Shown here: positions 1-727 of the stretch, piece by piece | Position numbering within the stretch: position 1 is the stretch's first letter | Layout of the letters: every line of letters begins with the position of its first letter | NCBI RefSeq assembly: GCF_003334405.1 | Contig: NZ_QOWM01000055.1 | Reading direction: 5' to 3' (one strand) | Length of the DNA stretch: 727 nucleotides | Source: Escherichia coli | GTDB lineage: Bacteria; Pseudomonadota; Gammaproteobacteria; Enterobacterales; Enterobacteriaceae | Notes under the pieces: model-generated | The model's input: only the letters and a program-made list of their open reading frames with translations | Database searches by the model: none | Told to the model about the DNA's origin: nothing | Program-made: the position numbers and the translations under genes

Positions 1-684
1 ATCACAACTGATGCGATGGGTTGCCAGAAAGATATTGCAGAGAAGATACAAAAACAGGGAGGTGATTATTTATTCGCTGTAAAAGGAAACCAGGGGCGGC
101 TTAATAAAGCCTTTGAGGAAAAATTTCCGCTGAAAGAATTAAATAATCCAGAGCATGACAGTTACGCAATGAGTGAAAAGAGTCACGGCAGAGAAGAAAT
201 CCGTCTTCATATTGTTTGCGATGTCCCTGATGAACTTATTGATTTCACGTTTGAATGGAAAGGGCTGAAGAAATTATGCGTGGCAGTCTCCTTTCGGTCA
301 ATAATAGCAGAACAAAAGAAAGAGCCAGAAATGACGGTCAGATATTATATCAGTTCTGCTGATTTAACCGCAGAAAAGTTCGCCACAGCAATCCGAAACC
401 ACTGGCACGTGGAGAATAAGCTGCACTGGCGTCTGGACGTGGTAATGAATGAAGACGACTGCAAAATAAGAAGAGGAAACGCCGCAGAATTATTTTCAGG
501 GATACGGCACATCGCTATTAATATTTTAACGAATGATAAGGTATTCAAGGCAGGGTTAAGACGTAAGATGCGAAAAGCAGCCATGGATAGAAACTATCTC
601 GCGTCAGTCCTTGCGGGAGCGGGCTTTCGTAATCTTTCCCTGCTTTTTGTACTAAATAATTCGCATTTTATGTTTAAAAATTGA
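1..684 (+). CDS. ISAs1-family (H-repeat-associated) DDE transposase, C-terminal portion; 5'-partial, start codon upstream of window
   Basis: Seen in sequence: frame 1 is open from base 1 (ITTDA precedes the first ATG at 16) to TGA at 682..684, so the ORF runs off the 5' edge. The ATG at 16 is probably an internal Met, since the conserved 'TTDAMGCQ' block straddles it. Established knowledge, from memory: '[15 protein letters not shown]' (second catalytic Asp, codon 10..12) and '[44 protein letters not shown]' (catalytic Glu, codon 412..414) are characteristic of ISAs1/H-rpt transposases (DDE_Tnp_1-type). Full-length homologues are about 375-380 aa, so roughly 150 N-terminal residues are missing from the window. 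Confidence 0.85.
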   Translation: MTTDAMGCQKDIAEKIQKQGGDYLFAVKGNQGRLNKAFEEKFPLKELNNPEHDSYAMSEKSHGREEIRLHIVCDVPDELIDFTFEWKGLKKLCVAVSFRSIIAEQKKEPEMTVRYYISSADLTAEKFATAIRNHWHVENKLHWRLDVVMNEDDCKIRRGNAAELFSGIRHIAINILTNDKVFKAGLRRKMRKAAMDRNYLASVLAGAGFRNLSLLFVLNNSHFMFKN

Positions 685-727
685 GATATTCCTTATTACC
701 TGAAGCTGTTTTTTATTGCTTATACAT
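1..727 (+). mobile_element. Fragment of an ISAs1-family insertion sequence (H-repeat-like element); right boundary not determinable from this window
   Basis: Inference from the transposase CDS filling 1..684. Elements of this family are about 1.2-1.4 kb with the transposase occupying most of the length, so the right terminal inverted repeat should lie within roughly 50-150 bp of the stop, either in 685..727 or just past the window. The left end is off-window, so the inverted repeat cannot be paired or located. Confidence 0.65.

Noticed and set aside
16-18. ATG at 16 as the true start codon of the + strand ORF
   Set aside because: The frame is open upstream to base 1, and the conserved catalytic block 'TTDAMGCQ' spans this Met. 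Homologues are about 375 aa, so this is an internal methionine and the real start lies off-window.
345-584. 79-aa ORF on the minus strand (ATG from revcomp of 582..584)
   Set aside because: It lies entirely antisense within the conserved transposase CDS. No convincing Shine-Dalgarno sequence precedes its ATG (upstream minus-strand sequence is 'gagatagtttctatcc'), and the translation is low-complexity with no recognisable motif. This is the typical look of a shadow ORF opposite a real gene.
582-587. CCATGG (NcoI) palindrome inside the CDS
   Set aside because: An isolated 6-bp palindrome within coding sequence, with no repeat structure or regulatory context. It has no biological significance that I can support.
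695-720. Possible intrinsic terminator at the T-run 709..714 downstream of the stop
   Set aside because: There is a 6-nt T-run, but I could not find a GC-rich stem-loop immediately upstream. Only a weak 4-bp 'aagc/gctt' pairing is available, so this is not a supportable Rho-independent terminator.
681-727. Outward-facing promoter at the IS end ('ttgaga' at 681..686 as a -35-like hexamer; 'tataca' at 721..726 as a -10-like hexamer)
   Set aside because: The two hexamers are about 34 bp apart, far from the 16-18 bp spacing required, and no suitable partner exists at the correct distance for either. In AT-rich DNA such partial matches are expected by chance.

Overview
The whole window is the 3' two-thirds of a single insertion-sequence transposase gene on the + strand, followed by about 43 bp of AT-rich non-coding DNA. 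The reading frame is open from base 1 to a TGA stop at 682..684, so the gene starts upstream of the window. The translation carries motifs I recognise from ISAs1-family (H-repeat-associated, IS4/IS5-superfamily DDE) transposases, including the '[15 protein letters not shown]' glutamate motif. I see no RNA gene, CRISPR array, or second credible gene. The 79-aa antisense ORF is most likely a shadow of the transposase frame. I find no evidence of a novel biological system inside this window. It is a mobile-element fragment, so any interesting cargo would be in the flanking DNA, which I cannot see. Family assignment is from memory of the protein family, not from a search.
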